Source: a virus
Taxonomy: Duplodnaviria > Caudoviricetes
Direction: 5' to 3' (one strand)
Length of the DNA: 45,624 bases
IMG/VR virus record: IMGVR_UViG_3300037311_000342
Coordinates: 1 to 45,624 of that record
The notes under the pieces: generated by a model
Told to the model about the DNA's origin: nothing
Seen by the model: the letters and a program-made list of their open reading frames with translations, nothing else
The model's database searches: none
In this document: positions 1 to 8,883 of the stretch, piece by piece
How the letters are laid out: every line of letters begins with the position of its first letter
How positions within the stretch are numbered: the stretch's first letter is position 1
Translations under genes and position numbers: made by a program

Positions 1-48
1 GAGACTCTCTCTTTCTCTTCTAGGCCGGCCGGGGAAAATCCCGGCCGC
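1..48 (+). repeat. Left terminal inverted repeat (48 bp)
   Basis: GAGACTCTCTCTTTCTCTTCTAGGCCGGCCGGGGAAAATCCCGGCCGC is the exact reverse complement of 45577-45624. Confidence 0.97.
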
Positions 49-52
49 GAAA

Positions 53-237
53 TCGCCGCGGGAATTTTGTTGGACTTTCGGGACGTTTTGCGAGTGCGGA
101 ACCGCCGACGGGGCCTCTGTCGGCCCTCCGGAAAGGCGAAAAGCGTCCGACAAATCTCACAAAACTCAGCGGCCGATTTCGCCGCGGGAATTTTGTTGGA
201 CTTTCGGGACGTTTTGCGAGTGCGGACCCGCCGACGG
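53..237 (+). repeat. 59-bp direct repeat, two copies (53-111, 179-237)
   Basis: TCGCCGCGGGAATTTTGTTGGACTTTCGGGACGTTTTGCGAGTGCGGA(A/C)CCGCCGACGG, one mismatch, 126-bp period. Confidence 0.95.
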
Positions 238-328
238 CGGGCGGGTTGAGGCCGGGCGTGAAGTGGGTAGCGGGCCGAACAGGGGCAGTATATCACACCC
301 GGCGACCGGTTGCCGGGCGGGCAGGCGG

Positions 329-610
329 TCAGTCGTCTAGCTCGGCCATCTCCCGCGGGGTGGTGCGGGCCAGCCGCACCCGGACCGTCAGCACATCGCC
401 CGGGTCATCCGGGTCTAGCATCTCCAGCCGCCGCTCGATCTGATGGGCCAGGTCTGACAGCACCCGCTGCCAGGACTCCAGGCGGTAGGAGTCCGGCTCG
501 CCGTGCCGAGTCGGCTGGAACTCGTACTCCCACACCCGGATGACGGCGTCGTGCCCGCGACCCGGCGGGATCGGCCGGCCCTCCCAGTCCGTCGGCATGT
601 CGAATCGCAT
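329..610 (-). CDS. Hypothetical protein (93 aa)
   Basis: ATG start, protein-like composition, last gene of the - strand early operon. Confidence 0.7.
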   Translation of the reverse strand: MRFDMPTDWEGRPIPPGRGHDAVIRVWEYEFQPTRHGEPDSYRLESWQRVLSDLAHQIERRLEMLDPDDPGDVLTVRVRLARTTPREMAELDD

Positions 611-626
611 GTGGCTCTTCGGATCG

Positions 627-755
627 TTAGGGCGTGCTGCTCACGACGCAGCCGGTTAGGCCGCTCGGGTGACAGGCCGTGTCGTGCGTCTCCACCCACG
701 CGACCAGCGGACCGTGGTCGGCCGCCGGGCCGCTCACCGTCACCCTGCCGATCAT
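627..755 (-). CDS. Small hypothetical protein (42 aa, MIGRVTVSGPAADHG...)
   Basis: ATG preceded by AGGAG and fills the gap between operon genes. Below the ORF-track size cutoff. Confidence 0.4.
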   Translation of the reverse strand: MIGRVTVSGPAADHGPLVAWVETHDTACHPSGLTGCVVSSTP

Positions 756-783
756 GGGTCCACACTCCTGTAAGGTCGGCTGA

Positions 784-1203
784 TCACGACGCGGCCGGTC
801 CGCCGGAGCCGTCGCCGTCGCCGTCGCCGTAGCCGAAGCCGTCGCCGGAGCCGAAGCCGAAGCCGAAGCCGTCGCCGAAGCCGAAGCCGTCGCCGGAGCC
901 GAAGCCGAAGCCGTCGCCGGAGCCGAAGCCGGAGCCGTCGCCGGAGCCGAAGCCGTCGCCGGAGCCGTAGCCGGAGCCGAAGCCGAAGCCGTCGCCGGAG
1001 CCGAAGCCGTCGCCGGAGCCGTCGCCGGAGCCGAAGCCGGAGCCGTCGCCGGAGCCGAAGCCGAAGCCGCAAATGGCCAAGCAGCCGCTCAGCAGCCACA
1101 CCCGCACCGGCTCGTCGTCCAGCCCCTGGTCGGCCAGCCAGTCGCACCACGACAGCGGGCTGTCGGCCAGTCGCGGCCCGTCACCCGTGTGCCACACGTC
1201 CAC
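784..1203 (-). CDS. Gly-rich (GDGSGFG)n repeat protein with short N-terminal helical motif
   Basis: C-terminal ~90 aa of G-x repeats (GFGSGDG) and N-terminal WCDWLADQG motif. Confidence 0.75.
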   Translation of the reverse strand: MDVWHTGDGPRLADSPLSWCDWLADQGLDDEPVRVWLLSGCLAICGFGFGSGDGSGFGSGDGSGDGFGSGDGFGFGSGYGSGDGFGSGDGSGFGSGDGFGFGSGDGFGFGDGFGFGFGSGDGFGYGDGDGDGSGGPAAS

Positions 1204-1537
1204 GGTGGACCCTCCCGTGGTACCGGCTCACCCCGACCACATGCGGGACGCCGATGAGGTGTGTCCCCTGGTACTCCCAGGCCGTCTGGGCGTTGCCGCC
1301 GCCGGTGGACAGGGCGGCGTGGGTCATGCCGCCGGCCGACCGGTAGTACGAGCAGTGGGCCACGACGAGGGTGAGCGGGTCCAGCCGGCCGACGTAGTAC
1401 CCCACCCGCACCCACCCCTGGGTCATGATCCACTGGTACGCCTGGCCGGGGACGTACACCGGGGCCGGCCGCCCCTCGGCGTCCAGGTACCCGGCCAGCT
1501 CGTCGGCCGTCAGCCGGTCGCCGCCGGCCCCGCTCAC
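1181..1537 (-). CDS. Hypothetical protein, partner of the Gly-rich protein (possibly DUF6948-like)
   Basis: GTG start overlaps the upstream stop. Beta-rich GWVRVGYY...VAHCSYYR segment. Similar gene pairs recalled from phages, not verified. Confidence 0.65.
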   Translation of the reverse strand: MSGAGGDRLTADELAGYLDAEGRPAPVYVPGQAYQWIMTQGWVRVGYYVGRLDPLTLVVAHCSYYRSAGGMTHAALSTGGGNAQTAWEYQGTHLIGVPHVVGVSRYHGRVHRGRVAHG

Positions 1538-2538
1538 TTCGCACCCGCCTTCCGCTTGGGGGTGGACTTGGCGGCGATCAGCCGCCGCTCGCTGTCCGAG
1601 CCGCCGACCACCAGCTCGGCCTTGCCGACCCGCACCCGCAGGCCGGTGTAGTAGTGGCCCGGCAGCCCGCCCGGCTTGACCCGCAGCGGCATGTCGGGGT
1701 GGCGCTGGGCGAACACGACCTCCGTCCAGAGCGGACGGACGGTCCACGCCTCGGTGACTCCCCCGACGCCCACCGACGACAGCACGGCGTGGGGGCGGCC
1801 GTCGACCTCCACCGCCTTGATCGCGGCGGGCTTGCCGCCCTTGCCCCAGGCGGCGCCGGCGCACACGGCCGCGTCCAGGTCGGCGGCCGTCAGCCCCAGG
1901 CCGGCGATGTCCTCGCCCTTGACGGCCGGGGCGGCCGCCTCAGGTTCGCCGCCGGCCTCCAGGTCTCGCTGGCACCGGGTCGAGCACAGCCCGGACTCGT
2001 AGCCCCAGTCGCCCACGGGGATGTCGGCGTCACACACCCGGCACGGCTTCGGGGCCGGCGGCGGCTCCAGCGGGTCGAAGTCCGGGTCGTCGCCAGCGAC
2101 GCCGTTGATGCCGATCCGCAGCAAGTTCACCTCACCCGGCGTCAGCCCGATGGCGGCGCCGGCACGGAGGGCGTCGGCGATCTTGCCGACGGTCCGCAGC
2201 TTCGACCGCCGTGCCGCCTCGGCACGGCGGTCGCTCAGCCCCAGGTCGCCCACCGGGCAGTCCCGCCAGCCCCTCAGGTCGCCGTCGTCGGGGGCACCGA
2301 CGGCCGCCGGCGGGCTTGCCGGGGCCTTCACCCCCGGCTCGGGGAACAGCCGCGGGGGCGTCTGGCCGAGGATGGCCCGGACGGCGTCCTCGCGGAGCCG
2401 CTCGGCGTCGGCCAGCTCCTGCCGCTTGGCCCGGCGGTCGGCCTCCAGCTCGGCCAGCTCCCGGCGGATCGCGGCCGCCCGGGCGTCGGCCGAGTGGAGG
2501 ACCAGGGTCAGGGTGAGGGACACGTCGTCGGGCTGCAC
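1534..2538 (-). CDS. Hypothetical protein with N-terminal coiled coil and Cys cluster
   Basis: 334-aa ORF with high GC3, CRVC...CSTRC motif, coupled to the next gene. Confidence 0.75.
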   Translation of the reverse strand: MQPDDVSLTLTLVLHSADARAAAIRRELAELEADRRAKRQELADAERLREDAVRAILGQTPPRLFPEPGVKAPASPPAAVGAPDDGDLRGWRDCPVGDLGLSDRRAEAARRSKLRTVGKIADALRAGAAIGLTPGEVNLLRIGINGVAGDDPDFDPLEPPPAPKPCRVCDADIPVGDWGYESGLCSTRCQRDLEAGGEPEAAAPAVKGEDIAGLGLTAADLDAAVCAGAAWGKGGKPAAIKAVEVDGRPHAVLSSVGVGGVTEAWTVRPLWTEVVFAQRHPDMPLRVKPGGLPGHYYTGLRVRVGKAELVVGGSDSERRLIAAKSTPKRKAGAK

Positions 2539-2601
2539 GGGGCGGTCCTCCGGGGCGGGGTCTTGGGTCGCAGGCCGGGCACGATCTCAACCCGGGCGTG
2601 G

Positions 2602-3213
2602 TCAGGCTCCGGCGAACAGGCCGGGGGCCTCGCCGGCCTCGCCGCGCCCGCGGTCGTCGCGGTCGTCGTCGCGGTCGTCGTCGCGGTCGTCGTCGGCCGG
2701 CCCCTCCAGGGCCGCCACCCGGCCGGCCAGCACCCACTGCTGGTACTCGTGGGCGCTCGACCCGTGGGCGGCGATCACCTGCCGGAAGCCGTCGCACGGG
2801 GTCAGGTCGCCGGGCCGGGTGCGGAGGCTGGGCCGGCCCAGGTCGTCCTTGTCCCACCACATCTCGCCGTCCTGCCGCTGCCCCCACTTCTTGAGCTGCA
2901 GGTGCATGACCTCGTGGTGCAGCAGGCTCTCCCGCTCGGCGTCCGGCAGCTCGGCCCAGCGGCGGCGGTCGATCCGCAGCAGGGCGTCCTGCGGGGGCGT
3001 GGTGGCCGCCCGCCACATGAGCGACAGCACCCGGATGTCCGCCTGCACCGCCACCCCCTTGGCCGTCAGGGCCGGGTCGTCGGCGCCCTCGGCGGCCGCC
3101 ATCAGCACCAGGATGCGGACCCCGGCGGCGTGCAGGTCCGGGCGGCGCTCCCGCACCACGTCGCCCAGCAGGCCGGTCACCGCCCCGTCGGCCTGGCTGT
3201 ACGTCACCGCCAT
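2602..3213 (-). CDS. Putative phage metallopeptidase (HExxH)
   Basis: WAELPDAERESLLHHEVMH motif and acidic (DDDR)n tail. Confidence 0.75.
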   Translation of the reverse strand: MAVTYSQADGAVTGLLGDVVRERRPDLHAAGVRILVLMAAAEGADDPALTAKGVAVQADIRVLSLMWRAATTPPQDALLRIDRRRWAELPDAERESLLHHEVMHLQLKKWGQRQDGEMWWDKDDLGRPSLRTRPGDLTPCDGFRQVIAAHGSSAHEYQQWVLAGRVAALEGPADDDRDDDRDDDRDDRGRGEAGEAPGLFAGA

Positions 3214-3220
3214 GCGTGCC

Positions 3221-3535
3221 TCACCCGTGTCGCAGTTCGGACTCGACCGCCGGCCAGTCGGCCGGCCGCCACAGCCGGTAGCCGCCCCCGGCGGCGTCCC
3301 GCCACTCGGCCTGGCCCGGCCCGAGCCGGCCGCCCTCGGCCTTCAGCTCGACCAGCAGCACCCGCCCGCCCCGGGCCAGGATGAGGTCCGGGCAGCCCGC
3401 GTCCCCGGTGCCGGCCGACCGCCACCCGCGGGCCGTCCGGGCCGGCCGCTGGTGCCAGCACCGCCAGCCCAGCGCCCGGGCCAGCTCGACCACCGCCCGG
3501 GTGAACCCGGCCTCCGTCTCGCGGGGAACGCCCAC
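3221..3535 (-). CDS. VRR-NUC domain nuclease / resolvase
   Basis: GCPDLIL...LVELKAEGGRLGPGQAEW PD-(D/E)xK motif. Confidence 0.88.
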   Translation of the reverse strand: MGVPRETEAGFTRAVVELARALGWRCWHQRPARTARGWRSAGTGDAGCPDLILARGGRVLLVELKAEGGRLGPGQAEWRDAAGGGYRLWRPADWPAVESELRHG

Positions 3536-3536
3536 G

Positions 3537-3800
3537 TCAGTCGTCCCCCAGCGGCACCAGGTCGAACTCCACCCGCTGCCGCTGCCACAGCCGGAACCGG
3601 CTGACGGTCCCGTCCGCCGCCGTCACCGTCACGGTGCCGCCGTCGCCCCAACCGCCGAGGTCCGGCCCGGCCCGCTTCCGCAGCCGGGCGATGTGACAGG
3701 CGGCCGCGTCCCGCGGCCGCTCGGCCGTCACCCGGAACGGGTGGTTGGCCCCGCCGGCCGTGTCCTCGTCCCCGTCGTCGTGCGTCAGGTACAGCGGCAC
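3537..3800 (-). CDS. Hypothetical protein (87 aa)
   Basis: Tightly packed operon ORF with high GC3. Confidence 0.65.
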   Translation of the reverse strand: MPLYLTHDDGDEDTAGGANHPFRVTAERPRDAAACHIARLRKRAGPDLGGWGDGGTVTVTAADGTVSRFRLWQRQRVEFDLVPLGDD

Positions 3801-3803
3801 CGG

Positions 3804-4157
3804 TCAGCCCCCCAGGGTAAAGCTGGCCGCCACCCAGGCCCGGCCGGCGGCCGTCACCTCGTACCACTCGACGGAATGTTGCGGCATCCGGCGGACCAGG
3901 TTGCGACCCCTCAGCTCGGCCAGCACGGCAGCCGGCACCGGCCGGCGGAAGCAGCCCCCCTCGGCCAGCCAGCCGACCACCTCGACGGTCGTCGGGGTGC
4001 GGTGGTCGGCTCCCAGGTCGCACCCGCTGGCGGCCAGCAGCAGCACGTCCCGGGCGGCCGCCGACAGCGGCCGGTCGGCGGCCGACGGCGGCTCCGGGTC
4101 GCCCCCGCCGACGAACACCCCGGCCGGGTAGTGGTTCAGCAGCATCCGATCGCCCAT
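3804..4157 (-). CDS. Hypothetical protein, possibly winged helix
   Basis: ATG at 4157 with GG-rich RBS. C-terminal LRGRNLV...WYEVTAAGR resembles a wHTH end. Confidence 0.65.
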   Translation of the reverse strand: MGDRMLLNHYPAGVFVGGGDPEPPSAADRPLSAAARDVLLLAASGCDLGADHRTPTTVEVVGWLAEGGCFRRPVPAAVLAELRGRNLVRRMPQHSVEWYEVTAAGRAWVAASFTLGG

Positions 4158-4184
4158 CGTGTCACCCCCTTCGGGAAGTTTTCG

Positions 4185-4251
4185 GTCACACAAATCACAC
4201 AGAATTCCCCCGCTCAATTCGGGCCGGGGAGTTTTGTGTGATTTGTGTGAC
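4185..4251. repeat. 26-bp inverted repeat at the primase 3' end, candidate replication origin
   Basis: GTCACACAAATCACACAGAATTCCCC (4185-4210) versus the reverse complement of 4226-4251, 2 mismatches. AT-rich island in GC-rich DNA. Confidence 0.7.
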
Positions 4252-6595
4252 ACCTTTCGGCGTCCTCCGCCCGACGCCACAGCGGGTTGACCGCGAACGC
4301 CTCGCCGGGCGGCCGGCCCGGGCCGGGCCGCTCGGCGCACGGCAGCGGCTGGATGTACCCGGAATCTTCGCACAGCCGCAGCGGCCGGGTGAGGGACTCG
4401 GCGGTGGTCACGTCGCGGCGGTCCCGGAGGTGTGTCATGGCCTCCCGCCAGGTGAACGCGTGCCGGCCCGGCTCCCGCTCCAGCCAGGCCACCAGCCGCC
4501 GGGCCACCCGGGCCTCCCGGGCCGGGGCGGCCGTCTGCCAGCACCGCTCGGCGTGCGCCCGGAAGTAGCCCACCAGCTCGGCCGCGTACCCGACCAGCTC
4601 GGCCCCCAGCCCGTCGTCCGGGCCGACCGCCCCGTCGGCGTGCCAGGCCGCCCACAGCAGGGCCGCCAGCCGCAGCCCGTACCCGAGCAGCTTGTGCAGC
4701 ACCCCGCGGAACGGGTCGTCCGGCTCCCGCCCGGCCTGCAGGCCGGCCAGCTCGGCGGCGAACGCCTCCCACCGCCGCCGCCCGCCGGCGTCGAACGGCA
4801 CCCACCGCGGGTGCGGGTCGTCCCCCGCCCCGCCCCGGGGCGACACCAGCCCCGCCCCGAGCATCCGCCCGACCAGCGCCGCGTACCCGTCGGCCACGTC
4901 GTCCGGCACCTCCAGCCAGGTCTCCCCCCGCGGGGCCACCGGGTCCGGCCAGCTCCACAGGAACCGGTCCGCCCACCCGTCCCCGGCCGCCTCCTCGCCG
5001 CGGTCCCCGCGGACCAGCCGCAGGCTGTCCGGGGTGAGCACCCCGGCGACGGCCAGGAACGGGTGCGGCACCCACAGCGGCGGGGCCTCCCCGTCCTTCG
5101 ACCGGTTCACCTTGAACGGGGCGCCGGCCCAGGCGCTCAGCAGGTTCTGCCGGTCGTCCCCCTTGCCGTTGCGGTACTTGTCCAGCTGGCCGACCAGCCC
5201 GGCCAGCTCGTCCTTGCACGCGATCATGCCCCGCGGGTTGGCCGCCAGCACCCGCCCCAGCGCCTCCCCGGTGAACTGGTCGAGCAGCACCTGCCGGCAG
5301 ACCGGCCTCGGCGGGCAGGCGGGCCGGTCGCCCACCTTGCCCCCGGCCCGCCACTGCCGGGCCGCCTGCTCCCGGGCCTCCCGGGCCGCCTCCCAGTCGG
5401 CCACCGCCTCGGCGTGCTCGGCCCGCCACCCCCGCTCGGCCGCCCACAGCGGGCCGGCCGCCAGCCGGACGGCGGCGCTCTTGGTCGTGCCGGCCCCGCC
5501 CACCACCGCCGTCCACAGGGCCGGCACCTCGGCGTGGGACCGGGTGCGGCGGGCGGCCACGCTCCGGCCGGCGGCCGCCCCGAGGACGGCCAGCCCGGGC
5601 ACGGCCAGGTACTCGACCGGCACGTTCAGGGCCTCGGCCCCCTGCCGGTACAGCCGCTCGGCCGGCCCGGGCAGGGTGTGCAGGGGGAAGGGGGCGGCCG
5701 GCGGCGGGGCGTCGAGCGGCAGCGGCGGGCCGGCGAACACCAGCCCGGCGGCCGCCGCCGGCCCCGCCGGCCCGGCCAGCGCCCGGTCGGCCAGCCGGCC
5801 CAGCTCGGCGGCCGTCCCGCCGGCCGCCAGCCAGTCGCTCGCGTCCCCCTTGTCGGCCAGCCCGGGCAGGGCCAGCACGGCCACCCGGGCGGCCGTCCCG
5901 GCCAGCGACCCGGCCACCTCCCGGGCGTGCCTCCGGCCGGGGTCGTCGTTGTCCGGCAGCACCGCCACCCGGCGGCCGGCGAAGGCGTCCGCCGTCGAGG
6001 GGTGGAGCCGCATCCACTTGCCGGCCCCGCCCGGGTTGGTGGTGGCCACCAGCCCCAGGGCGGTCAGGGCGTCGGCGTCCTTCTCCCCCTCCACGACGTA
6101 CACCACCGCCGCCCGGTCGGCGGCCAGCAGCCCCGGCAGCCGGTACGGCACCCGCGGCAGGTCGTCCGTCTTCCACACCCACCCGTCCCGGGACGGCTCG
6201 CCGGGCTTGGCCCGCCGCCGCTGGCGGAAGTCCTTCGGCCAGGCCAGCCGCACCACCTGGAACAGCTCGGCCCCGTCGGCCGCGTGGTACCAGTACGCCC
6301 GCTCGACCCGGTGCTCGAACCCCAGCCGCTGGCTGTAGTCGCCCTTGGCGGCCGGGCCGGCGTCGAAGCAGTCGCCCGGGTCGAGGCCGAGCGCCCGCAC
6401 GATCTGGGCGAAGGTGCAGCCGTGGGACCGGCAGCGGAACAGCACCGCCCCGCCCCTGTGCGTCACGCTCAGGCTGGGGGTGTGGTCGTCGTGGGCCGGG
6501 CACAGGGCCACCCACTCGGCCCCCCGCCGGACCACCTCCCCGCGGCCGCGGAGGGCGTCCAGCACCGTCGCCAGCGACGGGGCCAGGTCAGTCAC
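4214..6595 (-). CDS. Primase-helicase-like replication protein (Zn finger + Toprim + DUF3987/YfjI-like P-loop domain)
   Basis: CPAHDDHTPSLSV...CRSHGC zinc finger, VVEGEKDAD and LPDNDDPG Toprim motifs, GGAGTTKS Walker A-like, KDEL Walker B-like. Confidence 0.9.
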   Translation of the reverse strand: MTDLAPSLATVLDALRGRGEVVRRGAEWVALCPAHDDHTPSLSVTHRGGAVLFRCRSHGCTFAQIVRALGLDPGDCFDAGPAAKGDYSQRLGFEHRVERAYWYHAADGAELFQVVRLAWPKDFRQRRRAKPGEPSRDGWVWKTDDLPRVPYRLPGLLAADRAAVVYVVEGEKDADALTALGLVATTNPGGAGKWMRLHPSTADAFAGRRVAVLPDNDDPGRRHAREVAGSLAGTAARVAVLALPGLADKGDASDWLAAGGTAAELGRLADRALAGPAGPAAAAGLVFAGPPLPLDAPPPAAPFPLHTLPGPAERLYRQGAEALNVPVEYLAVPGLAVLGAAAGRSVAARRTRSHAEVPALWTAVVGGAGTTKSAAVRLAAGPLWAAERGWRAEHAEAVADWEAAREAREQAARQWRAGGKVGDRPACPPRPVCRQVLLDQFTGEALGRVLAANPRGMIACKDELAGLVGQLDKYRNGKGDDRQNLLSAWAGAPFKVNRSKDGEAPPLWVPHPFLAVAGVLTPDSLRLVRGDRGEEAAGDGWADRFLWSWPDPVAPRGETWLEVPDDVADGYAALVGRMLGAGLVSPRGGAGDDPHPRWVPFDAGGRRRWEAFAAELAGLQAGREPDDPFRGVLHKLLGYGLRLAALLWAAWHADGAVGPDDGLGAELVGYAAELVGYFRAHAERCWQTAAPAREARVARRLVAWLEREPGRHAFTWREAMTHLRDRRDVTTAESLTRPLRLCEDSGYIQPLPCAERPGPGRPPGEAFAVNPLWRRAEDAERCHTNHTKLPGPN

Positions 6596-7238
6596 CGGCC
6601 ACCGGCCCTTCCGCCCGCCGGCTCAACAGCTCGCTCTGGGCGGCCACCCGGTCGGCCAGCGCCTCCAGCATGACGTGCCGCTGCCGCCACACCGAGTACG
6701 CCGCCGCACACGCCCGGGCGTCGGCCAGGGCGGTGTGTTCCACCCGGTCGGGCAGCCCGGCCCGCCGCAGCGTCTCGGCCAGGTCCGGCGGCACGGCGTC
6801 GGCCGGCCGCAGGTACAGGGTGCCGGCGTCCACCAGCCGGTGCCGCACCAGCCGGCAGGAGAGCGGGCACAGCCGCCGCAGGAAGGCCAGGTCGAACCAC
6901 GGGTTCTTGCCGCCGAGCACCAGCCGCCCGGACTCGGCCAGCGGCCGGCCCGGGGCCACCGCCCGCCAGCACGCGGCCAGGGCGGCGAACAGCCAGCCGT
7001 CCAGCTCGGCCGCCGGCCGCAGCGGCACGCCGGGCCGGCGGTCCAGCCCGTGACCCATCCCCAGCAGCCGGGCCGGCTGGTACGTCAGGAGCGGGTGTTC
7101 GACGTGGCACTCGGCCGCCAGGTCGTCCCGCACCACGCCCCCGACGGTCGGCACCAGCCCGACCTCCAGCACCTGGCAGCGGCGGGGGTCGAGGCCCGTC
7201 GTCTCGGTGTCGACCCAGACGATCAGCGGGTCAGCCAT
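6588..7238 (-). CDS. DEDDh 3'-5' exonuclease
   Basis: WVDTETTGLD, FDLAFL and HTALADA motifs. Confidence 0.9.
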   Translation of the reverse strand: MADPLIVWVDTETTGLDPRRCQVLEVGLVPTVGGVVRDDLAAECHVEHPLLTYQPARLLGMGHGLDRRPGVPLRPAAELDGWLFAALAACWRAVAPGRPLAESGRLVLGGKNPWFDLAFLRRLCPLSCRLVRHRLVDAGTLYLRPADAVPPDLAETLRRAGLPDRVEHTALADARACAAAYSVWRQRHVMLEALADRVAAQSELLSRRAEGPVAGD

Positions 7239-7551
7239 TGGCCGCCGCCCTCCCCCGGGACGTCCGCTCCCGGATGCTGCCGGCCGGCATGATGCGCCGG
7301 TAGGCCTCGGCCCGCTCGTCCGGCCGGGCCTCGCGGACGGTCAGGATGAGCGACCCGTCGGCCCCCAGCCGGTCCCCGGCGAACGCCAGCATCCGCGGCC
7401 CGCACCAGACGTAGACGCGGGCGGACCGCACCAGCGGCCGCCCCGGGTCCGGGCCGACGGCCAGCAGGTCGGACAACTCGCCCACGGTCAGCGTCCCGTC
7501 GGCGTCGGGGGTCGGGTCCATCGCGGCGGCTCCGGCGGGGGTTGAGGTCAA
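7231..7551 (-). CDS. Hypothetical protein (106 aa)
   Basis: Start and stop overlap the neighbouring genes. Confidence 0.6.
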   Translation of the reverse strand: MTSTPAGAAAMDPTPDADGTLTVGELSDLLAVGPDPGRPLVRSARVYVWCGPRMLAFAGDRLGADGSLILTVREARPDERAEAYRRIMPAGSIRERTSRGRAAANG

Positions 7552-8669
7552 TAGACGGCGGCGAGTTGGTCGGCCTCGACCCGCTCCCGGATCGCCTGGA
7601 GCGAGTCCCGGACGGCGGCCGCCGCGTCGGCGGCCAGGGCGTCGATCTTCTGCGGGGTGTCGGCCCCGAGCAGCCGCAGCTCGTGCTCGGCCGCGTCCGG
7701 GTCGAGCAGCTCCCGCAGGTCGGCCGCCAGCTCGTGGACCCGGGCGGCGGCCGGGGCCGGGGCGGCCGGCTTGGGCGCCGGGGCGGACCCCAGCCGCGGG
7801 GCCGGGCCGCCGCCCAGCCCGCTGCGGCGATGGGCGATCAGCGTGTACAGCCCGCTCTCCTGGCTGGCGGTGAACTCGCCGGCGGCGGCCCCGGCCCGCA
7901 CGTTCGCCTCCACCGCGGCCAGGTCGTCCAGGTCGGCGGCCGCCTTGACCGCCGCCGCGGCGGCCCTGTAGTTGGCCTGCCGGGTAGCCAGGTCAGGGGC
8001 GTCCGCCGGCTTCGCCGCCACGGGCACGGCCCCCGCGGCCGCTGCCGGCCGCGGGGCCGGCTCGGCCTGGTCCATCTCGTCGTCCGTGTACACCCCGCTC
8101 ATCTCCTGCGGGAACGCCTTCCGGAGGGCGAGGGCCTCGGCGCACTTGGCCAGCATCACGTCGGGCATCTGCGCCCACATCCGGTTCGGCTCCTCCCCCA
8201 CCTTCGTGCGGCCCTGCCAGACGGCCCGCGTCTGCACGTAGCTGGCGTACCGGGCCACGGCCCACAGCGGCTCGGCGAACCCCGTGCGGCGGACCCCCAC
8301 CTTGGCGGCGGCCGGCGGGCCGTCGGCCAGCCACACGTCCACCCACACCCCGTCCCGCCCGCACCACAGCGGGCCGACCTGCCCGCCGTACACGCCGGTC
8401 CGCTGGGCGATCAGCCGCAGCCCGTCGATGCCCACCTGGATGGACAGCCGCTCCACCCAGTTGCCCTCGTCGTCCTTGGCCTTCCGCTTGACGGCGTGGA
8501 TCTGCCGGGCGAACGGGTCCAGCCCCGTCCGCCGGCACTGGGACACGAACAGCTCGAACTCGGTGTCGGTGATGCCGTGGCACAGGGTCCGCTTGAGCAG
8601 GTCGAGCTGGCCGCGGTCGGCCAGCACCACCGCCCCGCCGCCCTCGGCCACCGCCAGCTCCCCCGCCAT
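7548..8669 (-). CDS. bet: Phage recombination protein Bet (RecT/Red-beta family annealase)
   Basis: [27 protein letters not shown] and [16 protein letters not shown] motifs. Confidence 0.92.
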   Translation of the reverse strand: MAGELAVAEGGGAVVLADRGQLDLLKRTLCHGITDTEFELFVSQCRRTGLDPFARQIHAVKRKAKDDEGNWVERLSIQVGIDGLRLIAQRTGVYGGQVGPLWCGRDGVWVDVWLADGPPAAAKVGVRRTGFAEPLWAVARYASYVQTRAVWQGRTKVGEEPNRMWAQMPDVMLAKCAEALALRKAFPQEMSGVYTDDEMDQAEPAPRPAAAAGAVPVAAKPADAPDLATRQANYRAAAAAVKAAADLDDLAAVEANVRAGAAAGEFTASQESGLYTLIAHRRSGLGGGPAPRLGSAPAPKPAAPAPAAARVHELAADLRELLDPDAAEHELRLLGADTPQKIDALAADAAAAVRDSLQAIRERVEADQLAAVY

Positions 8670-8697
8670 GTCCGCCCCTCCCCAAGGTGTGAGTGAG

Positions 8698-8883
8698 TCA
8701 GCCCGCGTCCCGCCCGGCGGCCCACCGCTCGACCGCGGCCAGCGCGTGCGCCCGGCCCCGCCGGTAGCCCACCTCCCGGGCCAGCCCGACCAGCTCCAGC
8801 ATGACCAGGAGGCCGGCCGCCACCCCGGCCGCGAACGACAGGCAGGCGACCGACACCAGCACCAGCAGCACGGGTCCGGTCAC
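8698..8883 (-). CDS. Small membrane protein
   Basis: GTG overlapping the upstream stop and a ~28-aa hydrophobic segment. Confidence 0.6.
   Translation of the reverse strand: MTGPVLLVLVSVACLSFAAGVAAGLLVMLELVGLAREVGYRRGRAHALAAVERWAAGRDAG

Noticed and set aside
53-237. 59-bp direct repeats as a CRISPR mini-array
   Set aside because: Only two copies, the repeat and 67-bp spacer are too long, and there are no cas genes. The repeats carry the iteron-like motif instead.
752-1150. Arg/Leu-repeat ORF (RLRLRRR)
   Set aside because: Alternative frame of the Gly-rich repeat gene.
3804-6515. 903-aa ORF as one gene
   Set aside because: An off-frame shadow of the primase in GC-rich DNA. Only its last 117 codons (from ATG 4157) look coding.
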